From Azolla caroliniana (Eukaryota; Plantae; Polypodiophyta): a DNA stretch of 64,000 nucleotides. The notes under the pieces were generated by a model, which was not told the origin of the DNA, made no database searches, and worked only from the letters and a program-made list of their open reading frames with translations. The stretch spans positions 14,446,001 to 14,510,000 of the forward strand of contig JBHGNT010000005.1 of assembly GCA_043228905.1 (NCBI GenBank), read 5' to 3'. Within the stretch, counting starts at the first letter, position 1, and each line of letters opens with the position of its first letter. This document shows, piece after piece, positions 1-12,192 of the stretch. Made by a program: the position numbers and the translations under genes.

Positions 1-89
1 CCTTATATATGATGAGAGCCGTATTTGTCGTGCCTATGTGGGATATCTCACAATTTTCTCTTTTCTTTTCACAAACTTTATACCCTTAT

Positions 90-258
90 TGTCGAATACA
101 TGTGTATAATGGACGTATTCACACTATCCCGTTTTGGCCATTTATGTAATTAGCATAAAAGGTAGTTGCCCTAAGTCGGTCACTATATATAGTGACCTTG
201 TAACCTCTTTGTGAGGTTGGATGTTGTATTATTGCTTTGAGAAATAAGAAACTCTTTT

Positions 259-301
<43 letters not shown>

Positions 302-389
302 CACGACCTACACTCTGTCACACGCAGGTATTCACAAGAATCGAATGCTTCTTGATCTTCCGCACAGACGACCTTCCTCGATTACAACA
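90..389 (+). repeat. 5' LTR of copia-A (contains (CT)n microsatellite)
   Basis: Direct repeat of 5273-5590, starts TGTCG and ends CAACA, followed by PBS. Confidence 0.97.
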
Positions 390-1062
390 TCTGGTATCAG
401 AGCAGAGGTTCGGCCGTCATCACCGCCTGCACAGCATTCGGTTCTTCACTTCATCACGGCCTGCACAGTATTCGCGTCATTCGAAGAAAGAGAGAAGAAG
501 AACAAAAACGAGGTCTGCACCTCATCGCGTTAGATCCTCTTGCTTGGAGTAAGCCATCAGGTTGTACTCTGTCCTTCGTGATCGTAACCGCTCGAGGTGA
601 AATCCCCTTGTGCAACATTGACACGATCGTGCTCCATTCGGTTAAACGGCATCCGAAGAGGTCATCAATCGCCGCTCGTTGTAACCACTTGGTGCAGATC
701 GGTCTCAAGACAACAACCCCAATTCGTGCTTCATCCGGCTGATCGACATTCGAGAGGATCAGTTGGATCCATCTCTCTCGTCGCTGCAGCCACCCGAAGC
801 AGAATCGGTTCAGATAATCGGTTTTAATAATCGGTATTCGGCAGATATATCCGAAGCGAACCGGACTCACTCCGACTCGGTAACATTCGGGAAGACCAGT
901 CGGTTCTGTCCCTCAAGCTACCGAAGTCAATTCGAGCAAGCTCCGAAGCCGAACCTACTCGGGTTCAAATCCGACTAGAACGATATCGGGTGAGCCAACC
1001 GGCTGCACTCCAACAAGGTTCGTAGTCGACTCCGAACCGAGCTTCGTCAACCGAAACCGAAT

Positions 1063-4000
1063 TTGATGGCATCAACATCCGGCTCGTCAGAAATGAGTCT
1101 ACGAAAGTTCGATGGATCGAACTTTAACTTCTGGAAGGAGCAAATGCAGGACTATCTCATAGTCAAGGGGCAAATCGATCCCATCGAAAATGAAGAACCT
1201 CCAGAAGGATACAAACCAATCGAGTGGCAGAAGCTGGACAGAATCGTCCGCGCCACGATTCGGATGCACCTATCGGAATCGGTATATTTTACGGTGCAAT
1301 CGTGTACGACAGCATTCGAACTGTGGAAAACACTGTCGGACACTTACGAAAAGAAGGTCGCCGCAACGAAGATGTTTCTGATCCGGCGCCTCTACAACTT
1401 GCGGATGAAAGAATCCGATTCGGTCCAAGCACACCTCAATGAGTACGAAAGCATAAGCTCCCAAATCTCGTCACAGGGGACGGCAATCGAGGATGAACTC
1501 AGAGCAATGATACTCATGAGCAGCCTTCCCTCATCATGGGAAACTTTCGTCACAACCGTGTGCAACGCGTCAACCACGGCTGTTAAATACTCCGAAGTCA
1601 CGAGCGCAATCCTGACCGAAGCAGCTCGGAGAAAGTCTTTCGCCAAAGACTCAACAGACGACGCTTATGTAGTACAAGGTTCGACAGACCGATCGAACAT
1701 ACGAGGAAGAGATTCCTCACGACCGCCGAACAATCAGCGAAGACGGAGCCAGTCACGGGATAACCGAATCTGCAACTATTGCAAGAAACCCGGACACATC
1801 AAAGCCGACTGCCGCGCACTCAAGAACAAAAAGAACAAGAAGAGTGGCCGGCATGAGGAGATCAATTACGTCAGCTTCTCAGCTGATGTACTACCGGACG
1901 ACCCGAATATACTATCAATCGAAAATCCCGTCGGATCAGAAGTTCTACTCACGACTAAAGAATCGAGCACATGGCTCCTAGATTCGGGCGCGTCATTTCA
2001 CGTGACTCCTCATCGATCCCAATTTCGGCAATATACGATCCGTCACTCCGACTCAGTTCGAGTCGGCAACTCGCAACACTGTGACATCATCGGAATCGGC
2101 ACAGTAGAGCTCAACCTTGCAGGTGGCTCTACACTTGTACTCCACAATGTCCGACATGTACCCGAGCTCTCAAGGCCATTGATCTCAGTCGGACAACTAG
2201 ATGAAGACGGCATTCGTGCCGGTTTTTCTTCGGGAGGGTGGACACTCCATAGGGGGAACCTCCTGCTTGCTAGAGGACCCAAGATACACTCACTGTATCC
2301 GTTACATGTTACACTCAGAGAGGGTAACCTGTTTTTGGTGGATATTCCTGTGTCATCACTATGGCACAGAAGATTAGGACACCTCAGCAAGGCCGGCATC
2401 ACGCATCTATCTAGAGCCGGATACATCCCCAAACTCTCCTTCTCCGACCATCAATTCTGCGAGCATTGCCAGTATGGCAAACAAGCAGCCGCATCACACC
2501 CGACATCAGCACCAAGAGAAACGAGACCTCTCGATTTGGTCCACTCGGACGTCTGTGGCCCAATGCCGCATCAGTCTCTTGGCGGTGCCTCTTACTTCGT
2601 CACTTTTATTGACGATTCGACTCGAAAGGTGTGGGCTTATCCAATTCGCACCAAAGATCGGGTCTTCTCGATCTTCACCGATTGGCTCGCTATGGTAGAA
2701 AATCAAACCGACCGAAAGCTGAAATGCTTTCGGACAGACAATGGGGGAGAGTTCAAATCTGAAGAATTCGTCAAATTCTGCCGACAACGCGGCATCCGAC
2801 GTGAATTTACGGCACCACACAGCCCGGAGCAAAACGGGATTGCCGAACGCATGAATCGGACAATCCAAGAACGGATAGTTTCCATGCTCCAACACTCCGA
2901 ACTGTCGGATGGCTTCTGGGCAGAGGCTCTACTCACGGCAGTACACATAATCAATATGTCGCCAAGTAGACCTCTAGGACTTCAAATTCCTCAGGAACTA
3001 TGGATCGGCAGTAAGCCGAATTACGACAAGCTGAGGATCTTCGGATGCGAGGCGTACGCCCTTATTCCGAAAGATGATCGCCGAAAACTTGCACCTCGGT
3101 CCAGGAAATGCATTTTCCTTGGATATGGATCCGACGGCGAAATGGGATACCGACTCTGGGATCCCGAACGCAGACAAATCGTCCGAAGTTCGGACGTTGT
3201 GTTCAACGAGTCGGCTATGAATCCATCAGTCGAAAAACCGATCGAAGTCCGGAGGGTAACATTTTCTGATGTGCCGACCCTTCAAGAAGGCCCCGCTCTT
3301 AACACACGGTCAGCTTCACGGGTAGCTGAACCTCACACTACCGACTCGGACAACCCCGACTCGGCGCAGCAGAACAATCCGCTTTCGGACCATCCGACCT
3401 CGATACCCGATGCGACCAGTCCAATCATACCTCGACGATCCGAGAGACTGTCGCAACCTCCGGAGAGGTATTCTCCTGGAATTTTCTTCACCGACGCCGG
3501 CGAACCGACGTCTTACGAAGAAGCATCGACATCTGTCGATTCAGCCACCTGGCATCTGGCGATGGAGTCGGAAATGCACTCCATTCAGGCAAACAAGACT
3601 TGGGACCTGGTCGAATTACCTAAGAATCGACGTGCTCTTCCTTGCAAGTGGGTTTATCGACTGAAAGAGACGTCTGATTCGACCACCCCAAAGTACAAGG
3701 CCAGATTAGTTGCGAAGGGCTTCCGACAAGAATATGGCGTCGACTTCGACGAGATTTTCTCACCAGTGGTGAAAATGACAACCCTTCGTTTCCTACTCGG
3801 CGTAGTGGCAGCCGACAACTTGGAGCTGATTCAGCTAGATGTCAAAACAGCCTTCCTCCATGGTGATCTCGAGGAGGAAATTTATATGGAGCAGCCCAAA
3901 GGCTTCGTGGCCACCGGCCAAGAACATCTAGTCTGCCGACTCAGGAAGAGTCTATACGGCCTCAAACAGGCACCGCGACAATGGTACAAGAAGTTCGACG

Positions 4001-5079
4001 ACTTCATCCAATCGATCGGCTTCTCCAAAAGCGATGAGGACCATTGTCTCTTCACCAACACAGCTCAAGATGGTTCACCCATCTTCCTCATCATTTACGT
4101 GGACGACATGCTAATTTCTGGACGCCACGCGGGCGAACTTGCTGATCTCATTCGGCAACTGCGGTTGAAGTTTGCCATGAAGGACCTCGGTCCGGCACGA
4201 CACATACTCGGCATGAAGATTAGTCGGCATCGCGATAAACGACATCTTTTTTTGTCTCAGACCGACTATATCCGACGTGTCTTGGAACGCTTCAACATGC
4301 AATCAGCCAAATCTGCTTCAACCCCGCTCCCAATGAATCTTCGGCTCTCTCAGCGAGACTGCCCGACATCCGGTCCGGAGGGGGAAGATATGAAGTCGGT
4401 ACCGTATGCACCGGCAGTCGGCTCCCTTATGTATCTGATGGTCGCGACACGGCCTGATATTTCTCACGCCGTAGGAGTCGTTAGCAGATTTATGCACAAC
4501 CCTGGCCGATCGCATTGGAACGCAGTCAAGCATGTGTTCAGATATCTGGCTGGCACAAAAGACCACGGCATTCTTTTCGGTCCGAACCGAACCTCAGGCG
4601 TAGTCGGTTACACCGACTCGGACTTCGCCGGCTGTATAGACAGTCGGAAATCAACAACCGGATACTGTTTCAAATTCGGCAATGGAGCAATCTCGTGGAA
4701 GTCGAAACTTCAGGAGTGCACAGCGACCTCAACGACCGAAGCAGAATATGTAGCTGCGTCCGACGCAGCAAAAGAAGCTTTGTGGCTCGGTCGGCTGGCG
4801 CACACGTTTCGACAAGTCGACCATGACTCGGCTCCAGTTGTCTACAGCGACAGTCAAGGTGCTGTTGCCTTGTCAAAAAATCCGGTTCACCACAACGCCT
4901 CCAAACATATCGACGTTCGATATCACTTCGTTCGGGACTGCGTCATTTCAGGGAAAATCGGTCTAGCGAAAATATCCACAACCGACAATGTCGCAGATGG
5001 AATGACCAAGTGTCTCTCGGCAGACCGTTTTCGGTCTCTTCGGCTTCAGATGGGCGTAACGACAAACCAATCCGGTTAG
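1063..5079 (+). CDS. Copia gag-pol polyprotein (gag, zinc knuckle, protease, integrase, RT, RNase H), 1338 aa, uninterrupted
   Basis: Motifs CNYCKKPGHIKADC, WLLDSGAS, WHRRLGH...[45 protein letters not shown]. First ATG at 1066. Confidence 0.97.
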   Translation: MMASTSGSSEMSLRKFDGSNFNFWKEQMQDYLIVKGQIDPIENEEPPEGYKPIEWQKLDRIVRATIRMHLSESVYFTVQSCTTAFELWKTLSDTYEKKVAATKMFLIRRLYNLRMKESDSVQAHLNEYESISSQISSQGTAIEDELRAMILMSSLPSSWETFVTTVCNASTTAVKYSEVTSAILTEAARRKSFAKDSTDDAYVVQGSTDRSNIRGRDSSRPPNNQRRRSQSRDNRICNYCKKPGHIKADCRALKNKKNKKSGRHEEINYVSFSADVLPDDPNILSIENPVGSEVLLTTKESSTWLLDSGASFHVTPHRSQFRQYTIRHSDSVRVGNSQHCDIIGIGTVELNLAGGSTLVLHNVRHVPELSRPLISVGQLDEDGIRAGFSSGGWTLHRGNLLLARGPKIHSLYPLHVTLREGNLFLVDIPVSSLWHRRLGHLSKAGITHLSRAGYIPKLSFSDHQFCEHCQYGKQAAASHPTSAPRETRPLDLVHSDVCGPMPHQSLGGASYFVTFIDDSTRKVWAYPIRTKDRVFSIFTDWLAMVENQTDRKLKCFRTDNGGEFKSEEFVKFCRQRGIRREFTAPHSPEQNGIAERMNRTIQERIVSMLQHSELSDGFWAEALLTAVHIINMSPSRPLGLQIPQELWIGSKPNYDKLRIFGCEAYALIPKDDRRKLAPRSRKCIFLGYGSDGEMGYRLWDPERRQIVRSSDVVFNESAMNPSVEKPIEVRRVTFSDVPTLQEGPALNTRSASRVAEPHTTDSDNPDSAQQNNPLSDHPTSIPDATSPIIPRRSERLSQPPERYSPGIFFTDAGEPTSYEEASTSVDSATWHLAMESEMHSIQANKTWDLVELPKNRRALPCKWVYRLKETSDSTTPKYKARLVAKGFRQEYGVDFDEIFSPVVKMTTLRFLLGVVAADNLELIQLDVKTAFLHGDLEEEIYMEQPKGFVATGQEHLVCRLRKSLYGLKQAPRQWYKKFDDFIQSIGFSKSDEDHCLFTNTAQDGSPIFLIIYVDDMLISGRHAGELADLIRQLRLKFAMKDLGPARHILGMKISRHRDKRHLFLSQTDYIRRVLERFNMQSAKSASTPLPMNLRLSQRDCPTSGPEGEDMKSVPYAPAVGSLMYLMVATRPDISHAVGVVSRFMHNPGRSHWNAVKHVFRYLAGTKDHGILFGPNRTSGVVGYTDSDFAGCIDSRKSTTGYCFKFGNGAISWKSKLQECTATSTTEAEYVAASDAAKEALWLGRLAHTFRQVDHDSAPVVYSDSQGAVALSKNPVHHNASKHIDVRYHFVRDCVISGKIGLAKISTTDNVADGMTKCLSADRFRSLRLQMGVTTNQSG

Positions 5080-5272
5080 AGCCGGACACAGAGCAGGATG
5101 GTTCCCGACAACCGACATCAGTTCCTTAATGATCGGCTTCAACTGTTCCGACCCGACCAGTTCGGTCTTCTGCCTTCGGACCCTGCCGACTCGAACAAAG
5201 CTGATATGTCCGAGAACCTAAGTCTATACCTGTAATCTTAGATAACCCATGTATACGCCCATTACGGGGGAG

Positions 5273-5440
5273 TGTCGAATACATGTGTATAATGGACGTA
5301 TTCACACTATCCCGTTTTGGCCATTTATGTAATTAGCATAAAAGGTAGTTGCCCTAAGTCGGTCACTATATATAGTGACCTTGTAACCTCTTTGTGAGGT
5401 TGGATGTTGTATTATTGCTTTGAGAAATAAGAAACTCTTT

Positions 5441-5500
<60 letters not shown>

Positions 5501-5590
5501 CACGACCTGTACACTCTGTCACACGCAGGTATTCACAAGAATCGAATGCTTCTTGATCTTCCGCACAGACGACCTTCCTCGATTACAACA
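5273..5590 (+). repeat. 3' LTR of copia-A
   Basis: Identical to the 5' LTR outside the microsatellite region and one 2-bp indel. Confidence 0.97.
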
Positions 5591-5674
5591 CTTATATCTC
5601 GACATTTAGTTGTCCATTTCTCGTGTAATAAAGTGCATTCGAAACCTCCATCATTTTGTACTTAGATATTAAAA

Positions 5675-6847
5675 ATGTTGTCTTCACAATTATTGTATTA
5701 TGTGATTCTTACTCAATTTCGTACGTTTTATGGGATTTTCACACTATTGCCTAAAATCTTCACGACAGCGTGGGTATCCTTTCATAAATGGTCGCATAAT
5801 GTTAAAATAGATGACATATTGCAAGATCAAGAGGCTAGTATGGTTTTTACGCCAATATTTCCCGGTTTGAGGAAGGAGTGGAGGAATGTATTGCCTCGCA
5901 TTGGGGTTTTGTTAGGTAAAGTTATTGCCACACGTGATGGACAGGCTCATGGGACAGATAGAATGGGAGGGGTACCAACGGTTCGGTTGATCGCACCAAG
6001 ATCCGTTCGTCTGCCGGCAACTATATCCTTACCTAATTTACTTTTAAATAAACCATCGGTTGTGCAAAAGGTATATTATCAAGGATTGCCTGATCAATGT
6101 TTTGTGTGCCGTCAATTTGGTCATTTAGGTCGAGATTGTCAGAAGCGACGTACGTACAAGGAGGCCCAACCACCTAATCGACGAGATGTTAATTATGATG
6201 GCTGGTCTACAGTTTCTAATAAACATGTTTTTAAACCGTCTAGTACGATGGTTATTCCAATGTTACTACTTGAAGCTAATCCTTATCAATCTTTGCAGGA
6301 AGTGGAAAAAGATATGGGGATTAGTACAATGGAGGTGGGGTTTGCCATTCCAAACTCCACAAAGGAAGATCGGGTGGAACAAAATTCGCAAGACATACTT
6401 TTGAAGGAGGTGGAAAAGGATGCGAGTAATGTTAAAATGGTACAACTTCATGTGGCACAAAAGTCCAAGGACATCCTTGCACAGGTACAACCTTTGGAAT
6501 CGGTTAATAAAGTTAATAATCAACTTAATAAGGGTAAACAACTTGTTGTTGATCATGTACAACAATCTGATAGGCCACTAAGCCTGACTGGCTTTCAACA
6601 AACTGAAGTGGGTAAGCTAGACATTGCCGATGTTGACATGAAGTGTGAGGCTTTAGTTGCTTGCACTAGAGAGGATAGGTCTTCTGATAGGGTAGATAAA
6701 CACATGCTAGTGCGGTCACATAAGTTGATAGGGAAAGACATATGGTCTAATAGGAGACAATTACAGGCCTCAAAGGATGGAAGAAAGGGTAGAGATGTTG
6801 CACTTGCCAAAAGGAGACTAGGAGGAAAAAATATGAATGATGGATAG
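5675..6847 (+). CDS. L1 ORF1 (zinc-knuckle protein; N-terminus disrupted)
   Basis: YQGLPDQCFVCRQFGHLGRDC motif; lies directly upstream of and overlaps the ORF2 start. Confidence 0.8.
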   Translation: MLSSQLLYYVILTQFRTFYGIFTLLPKIFTTAWVSFHKWSHNVKIDDILQDQEASMVFTPIFPGLRKEWRNVLPRIGVLLGKVIATRDGQAHGTDRMGGVPTVRLIAPRSVRLPATISLPNLLLNKPSVVQKVYYQGLPDQCFVCRQFGHLGRDCQKRRTYKEAQPPNRRDVNYDGWSTVSNKHVFKPSSTMVIPMLLLEANPYQSLQEVEKDMGISTMEVGFAIPNSTKEDRVEQNSQDILLKEVEKDASNVKMVQLHVAQKSKDILAQVQPLESVNKVNNQLNKGKQLVVDHVQQSDRPLSLTGFQQTEVGKLDIADVDMKCEALVACTREDRSSDRVDKHMLVRSHKLIGKDIWSNRRQLQASKDGRKGRDVALAKRRLGGKNMNDG

Positions 6848-9800
6848 GTTAAATATTATATCATGGAATGTTCGAGGTTAAGGAGGTAGAAATTGTTGTA
6901 AAGTAAGGAGTGTTTTCCATCATCAGTTCAAGAAGTCTTTGGTAGGTAGGATTGATGTTCAAGAGATAAAATGATACTTTGGAAGAGCATAATTTCACAG
7001 TTACCCATTGTGGATCATTGGGTGATTGCAGGTGATTTTAATATGTTAGAGGATGTGGGTGATAGGGTAGGAGGAAGGTCACATACAGTAGCTAGTTCAA
7101 AATTATATGAATGGGAACGACTGTTGTTTTCTTTGGGATTAATGGATTTGTGGCATGTATCTTCCTTTGTAAGGTTACAGGATTCTTTAGAGTACTCCAG
7201 ATCAGATAGAAGAGAGGTACATACTAATTTTTCTAGGTTAGATAGATTTTATGCCGATAAGTTTATATGGGACAAAGGAGGCTCCATTGGAATTTTACCT
7301 TCATTTTCCTTTTCTAATCATGCACCACTTCGTATAATTATAGTTTTACAGGAACACTATAAAACTTCTAGATTTCGAATTCCGAATCATGTGTTTCTTA
7401 GACAAGATTGTGTTCCTATTATACATAATATTTGGAATAAGTATGTCTATTTTTATGATTATGCATTATCTAGTGTTCAAAAGGCTATTAGGGAAATACA
7501 ACAATTTTTTCAATATAAGGCCAAACAAGTAGTTCAGTCGTCTTTCCCAAAAATAGGAAGACTTCGTAGGGGATTGAGGTCCTTGCAACATTTGCAAGAG
7601 AGAAGGCCATATTCGACTTGTATAAGTTCTAGAGTGATACAAGTAGGAAACCAGATATTAGAACTACAAAAGGTTTCTGCAGAATTTACTTACCACAATA
7701 TAGCCTTTGAATGGGCAGAGTCAGGAGATAAAGTAAATAAAATGTTTTTTAAAATGCATAATTACCATAAGTCAACGGCTAGGATTTCCCAGTTAAAATG
7801 TTTGGATGGCTCTTATACCAATGATCCTAGTCAGATGCGGCAAATAGCCTCTGAATATTATGACAATTTGTTGAAGGCTCAATCCTTTTCTACTGACGAT
7901 TTATCTAAATGAGATATTATATGGTTGAGGATTCAACATAGAGTGTCTGTTCAACTTTCCAAACGTCTTTTGCAACCACTAAGTCCTCAAGAGGTTTTTA
8001 AAGCAGCAAAGTCCTTAGCAAAGGATGTTTGTCCTGGATTGGATGGGTTGGGGGTCCAATGGTTTTTACAATACTAGGATTTGATAGGTGAGTGACTAAC
8101 TAAAGCTTATCAACAGGTTTTAGATTCTGGATATATGCCCCAAGAATGGAATGACGGTTTAATCTACATGATTCCCAAATCCAGTGGTCAGTTAGAGGAG
8201 CTTCGGCATTGGAGGCCAATTACTTTGTTGAACATTATTTATAATATATTAGCCAAAACGTTAGCTAGACGGTTACAACCTTATCTTTCTGAACTGATTC
8301 ATGATTCTCAGACAGGTTTTATACAAGAGCGAAGTATTTTTTATAATATTATTCTTTTTTGGGAAATGGTAGCTTTTGCTGAAGGGCAGAATCAAGAGTT
8401 GGCAGTGCTATTTCTGGATTTCGAAAAAGCTTATGACAAAGTGGATTGGAATTTCATGGAGGGTAATTTGCTTAAGATGGGTTTTCCAAACATATGGATA
8501 CGAGGAGTTTCAGCATTATATCGTAATGCACATAGTTCGGTTTTATTTGCAGGGGATATTGGTAGGCGTTTCTCTATTTCAAGATCAGTAAGACAAGGAT
8601 GTCCACTTGCTCCTTTTCTGTTTTTATTAGTATCTGAAGCGTTTTCTGTACACTTAAATTCTCAACATGTTAATATCAAAGGTCTATTATTTCCATTTGC
8701 AGATGTTGGCGTTGATAGTGAGTTTTCTGATGATACAGCTCTTTATATTCACGCCTCACAATTTAACTTGTTGCAGGTTCAAAAAGCTGTGGATGACTTC
8801 GCAGATGCATCGGGTGCATTGATCAATTGGGATAAATCATCAGGTTTTTGGGTGGCTTCGAGAAATCCTCCATGCTCCTACCGCAGGTTTCACGTGGATT
8901 CCTAAAGGGCAGTCCATTAGGTATTTAGGATGTAGAGTAGGGTTAGGATTAAAGGTAGACGATATGATTGCGCCCTTATTGTTAAGATTAAGAAATAAGC
9001 TAATATATTGGAATAAGGAAAAGTTATCCTTAGCAGGACGTGTAGTTGTTGCTAATTCCGTGCTTTTGTCCTCCATTTGGTATATAGTGTCTACATGGTT
9101 GTTTTCTAGATCAATAATGCTTAAAGTTCAACGGCTAGTGCGGAATTTCATTTGGGGAAATGATACGGTACACAATACTATAGAAAAGGTAGCTTGGTCA
9201 GTTCTTATACAACCCAAACAAAAAGGAGGTTTAGGTTTGATTGATCCTTTTATGCAAAGTAAAGCATTACTTGTTAAACATGTTGTTAGGTGTTTATTGT
9301 CAGGACAGGAGTTATGGAAAAAGTTTTGGATGTGTCATTTATATAAATTTAAACCATCGGTTGGTGGTCAATGGCGTGATAGTCTTAGATGGTTCTTTAA
9401 CTCAGATTTTCCGTTGTCTAAATCGACAGTTGGGTCTTTACGTTTTTTTAATGGAATTCTAAGGGCATGGGAAAGTATTTGTCGAGCACTTGTTTTCTTG
9501 CCACCAAAAACATGTCATCAATTAATGCGTCAACCGTTGTTATGGAATCATTTGTTTACTGATGAAGCGGCATGTGTTTTGGATTTACGACCTAGGTTAT
9601 CTTGGGCTGCAATGGATAACGGACCAGCTCGTACGGTTGCGGATTGGATTAATTTCCTGTAGACTTCAGTGCAACACCAAAAGACTAGGGTGTCTAATTT
9701 CAGAGGGGCAAACATTATGCTCTCTCAAGTGTCAATGGTGTACCAGGTAACACTACCAACTTTGCGTTTTGGTCATTTTCTGAATTGGTATGGTATGTTT

Positions 9801-10946
9801 TCGAGACTGAATATACTTATAGGAGCTTGTTTTTATACACAAAATGGCAACCTCTACTTTTATGAAGTTTTGGATAATGGTAGGTTGTTGTTAGTGGAGG
9901 AGGAGTCTTCAATTATGTCTTCTGCCAAGCAACTACCAGTGAGAGTAATTGCTAGGTTAGATAAAAAAATATTTATAGATCCTAATCCATTAATTGCTAA
10001 GTATTCATCTCATATGTCGGTTTTACACTCTAGACCAATTGCTTATCTGCAGTGGGATCCATTAGATTATGGTTGGAAGTTACCCATGTCTGACAATACG
10101 CAAGTGAAAGTTCTTCCATTTTTCGCATATTCTGTGTCATTGGGTAGAAAGGTTTTGTTAAATGAGATAGAGTCGATTCCTGCGGGGAAAAAATATTGGG
10201 ACAAAGGTAATGTGTCATCTTCATATATGTTGAAGTTCTGGAAACAGTTTTGGTCACTTAAATGTATGAACAAGGTATTGCACTTTCGATGGTTAATGAT
10301 TCATTATGCATTGCCAGTAGGAGCTTTATTGAGGGGAATAGTACCTGATCGATCATGTGGTAGGTGTGGTTTTGCATCTGAGACATTACATCATGCTTTT
10401 TGGGAATGGGTTACGGCCAAATGTTTTTGGTCTCGTATTCTTAGGCTTTTAGGTCGTAAGTATAGGGCTGCTAAATTCACGTGGGGTACAATCTTTTGGG
10501 GTATGTTGGCTCAAGAAACTATTTTTTATCATCATCATAATTCATCGTTGTCTTTACATGTGAAAAGTTTTCAGGTGTACGTTACAAATAGCTCCTTGCA
10601 AGGAGTCAAGTTCTTTTCCAAGTGTTATGTTCAGAACATTATTTCTTCTTTGGCCTTTATGGATTATTTGGAAAGCAAGGTGTTCTAAAATATATAATGA
10701 TGAACAAACTAATGTTGTGGATCAAGTTAAATCTTTTTGGGAATTATTGGTAAATACGGTTAAAGGTGAATATGATCGCTATAAGGGTTTTGGAAATGTG
10801 CCTACTGGAAAAGAAAGAGAACTAGAAGAGTCTGGTCAACTATTCATATTTTCTTGGATGCAGCAGGTGAAGATGTAAAGTGGAATTATGTTCCACCTCG
10901 GTGGTTATTTCCGCCACCAGCGCCATTTATATTGAATACAACGTGA
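6840..10946 (+). pseudogene. L1 ORF2 pseudogene (endonuclease-reverse transcriptase)
   Basis: ISWNVRG, GDFN, SRLDRFY, SNHAP, CPGLDG, WRPITLLN, LDFEKAYDKV, RQGCPLAP, FSDD, KGGLGL, CGRC...HAF spread over frameshifted ORFs. Confidence 0.9.
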
Positions 10947-11389
10947 TGAAATAGGAAGTCCACATTAATTGGTCATTAGGACAGTAGTGCATTAAGTTGG
11001 TTTGTAGTCATGGAAGTATTTATAGTTGGTAATGATGAATGATGGTGTTGACGGGGGGTTGAAGCACATTTTTAGGAGGGGATGCACACAATACATTTAC
11101 GCTATTGTTGTTTGTACAGGTTTTAGGTGGTGAACGAACAAATGGTTGATGTAGAAATGAAGCACATTGTTGATGTGGAAAATGAAGGGGATTAGGAGGA
11201 GTCATTACAGGTTCGAAATGGTATAAATCGAGATGGGTGATGAGGTTATTGAAGCAATTTGTCTAGTTTTTAGAGACGAGAGAATCATGGTGGTGTTGCG
11301 GGCTGAAGCAAGGTTTGATGAGGGGGCAGGTTGTATTTTCATTATGATGATTCATGATGGCAGTGAGAATTGAAGCATCATGTGTCCCG

Positions 11390-12140
11390 TGAAGAGAGGA
11401 CAAGTGAAGATAGTGCAACGGCAGAAGTATATCATGGTGGAGATGGGGAAATTATTTACACCTAATTTTTTGTTGTTTTTTTATAGGCCCTTGATGGTAA
11501 GCGGTGAGATGTTTGATGGGACTAAATGAAGTAGTTTTTTCTGTGATAAGGATGAGTGAAGATGGTGGAGGGGTCGAAGCAAACTAGCATGAGTGGGTGA
11601 GGAAACTTTTACACTAATTTCTGTTGCTAATATAGGAATTTAGTGCACATTGGCAAATTGCTTAGTGGCGAGATGACTGTGTAGACTGAATGAAGAAATT
11701 CATTTTTTTATGATAAGGATGAGTGAAGATGGTGGGGGGGTCGAAGCTGACTATGATTTTGTGTTGTTAATACAGGTTTTGAGTGGACATTGGCAAGATG
11801 CTAATCAACGAGATGGCTGATGTGGACTGAAGGAAGAATTTTTATGAGATAAGGATGAGTGAAGATGGTGGGGGGGTCGAAGCCGACTATCATGAGTGGG
11901 TGAGGAAACTTTTATACTAATTTCTGTTGATTATGCAGGATTTTAGTGGACATTGGCAAGATGTTGCAAGATGCTAATCGCCGAGATGGCTGATGTGGAC
12001 TGTATGAAGAATTTTTCTGTTATAAGGATGAGTGAAGATGGTGGGGGGGTCGAAGCATACTATCGGGAGTGGGTGAGGAAATCTTTAGACTAATTTCTTG
12101 TTGTTAATACAGGATTTTCGTGGACATTGGCAACATGCCA
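11390..12140. repeat. Degenerate tandem repeat, ~135-175 bp units, about 5 copies
   Basis: Core ATAAGGATGAGTGAAGATGGTGG(G)nTCGAAGC near 11545, 11712, 11848 and 12021, plus a diverged unit near 11390. Confidence 0.9.
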
Positions 12141-12192
12141 AGATGGTATACAAAGAGTCTGACAAACAATCTCTACATGAATTCACCAAAAG

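Larger units (their letters stand above)
90..5590 (+). mobile_element. Intact full-length Ty1/copia LTR retrotransposon (copia-A)
   Basis: TG...CA LTRs at 90-389 and 5273-5590; 5-bp TSD CTTAT (85-89, 5591-5595); PBS TGGTATCAGAGC (392-403, tRNA-iMet); PPT GGGGGAG (5266-5272); single gag-pol ORF in copia domain order. Confidence 0.98.
5596..10946 (+). mobile_element. Degenerate L1-clade LINE (ORF1 + ORF2), interrupted at its 5' end by copia-A
   Basis: ORF1 has a CCHC knuckle; ORF2 has APE endonuclease, RT and zf-RVT motifs with many stops and frameshifts. The 3' end is not clearly defined. Confidence 0.9.

Noticed and set aside
119-552. Short ORFs with RERERE/SLSLSL runs (also 5302-5665, 59654-60146)
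   Set aside because: Translations of (CT)n microsatellites within LTR elements.
1152-4876. Many antisense and alternate-frame ORFs in copia-A
   Set aside because: Expected shadows of a GC-rich coding region; no motifs.
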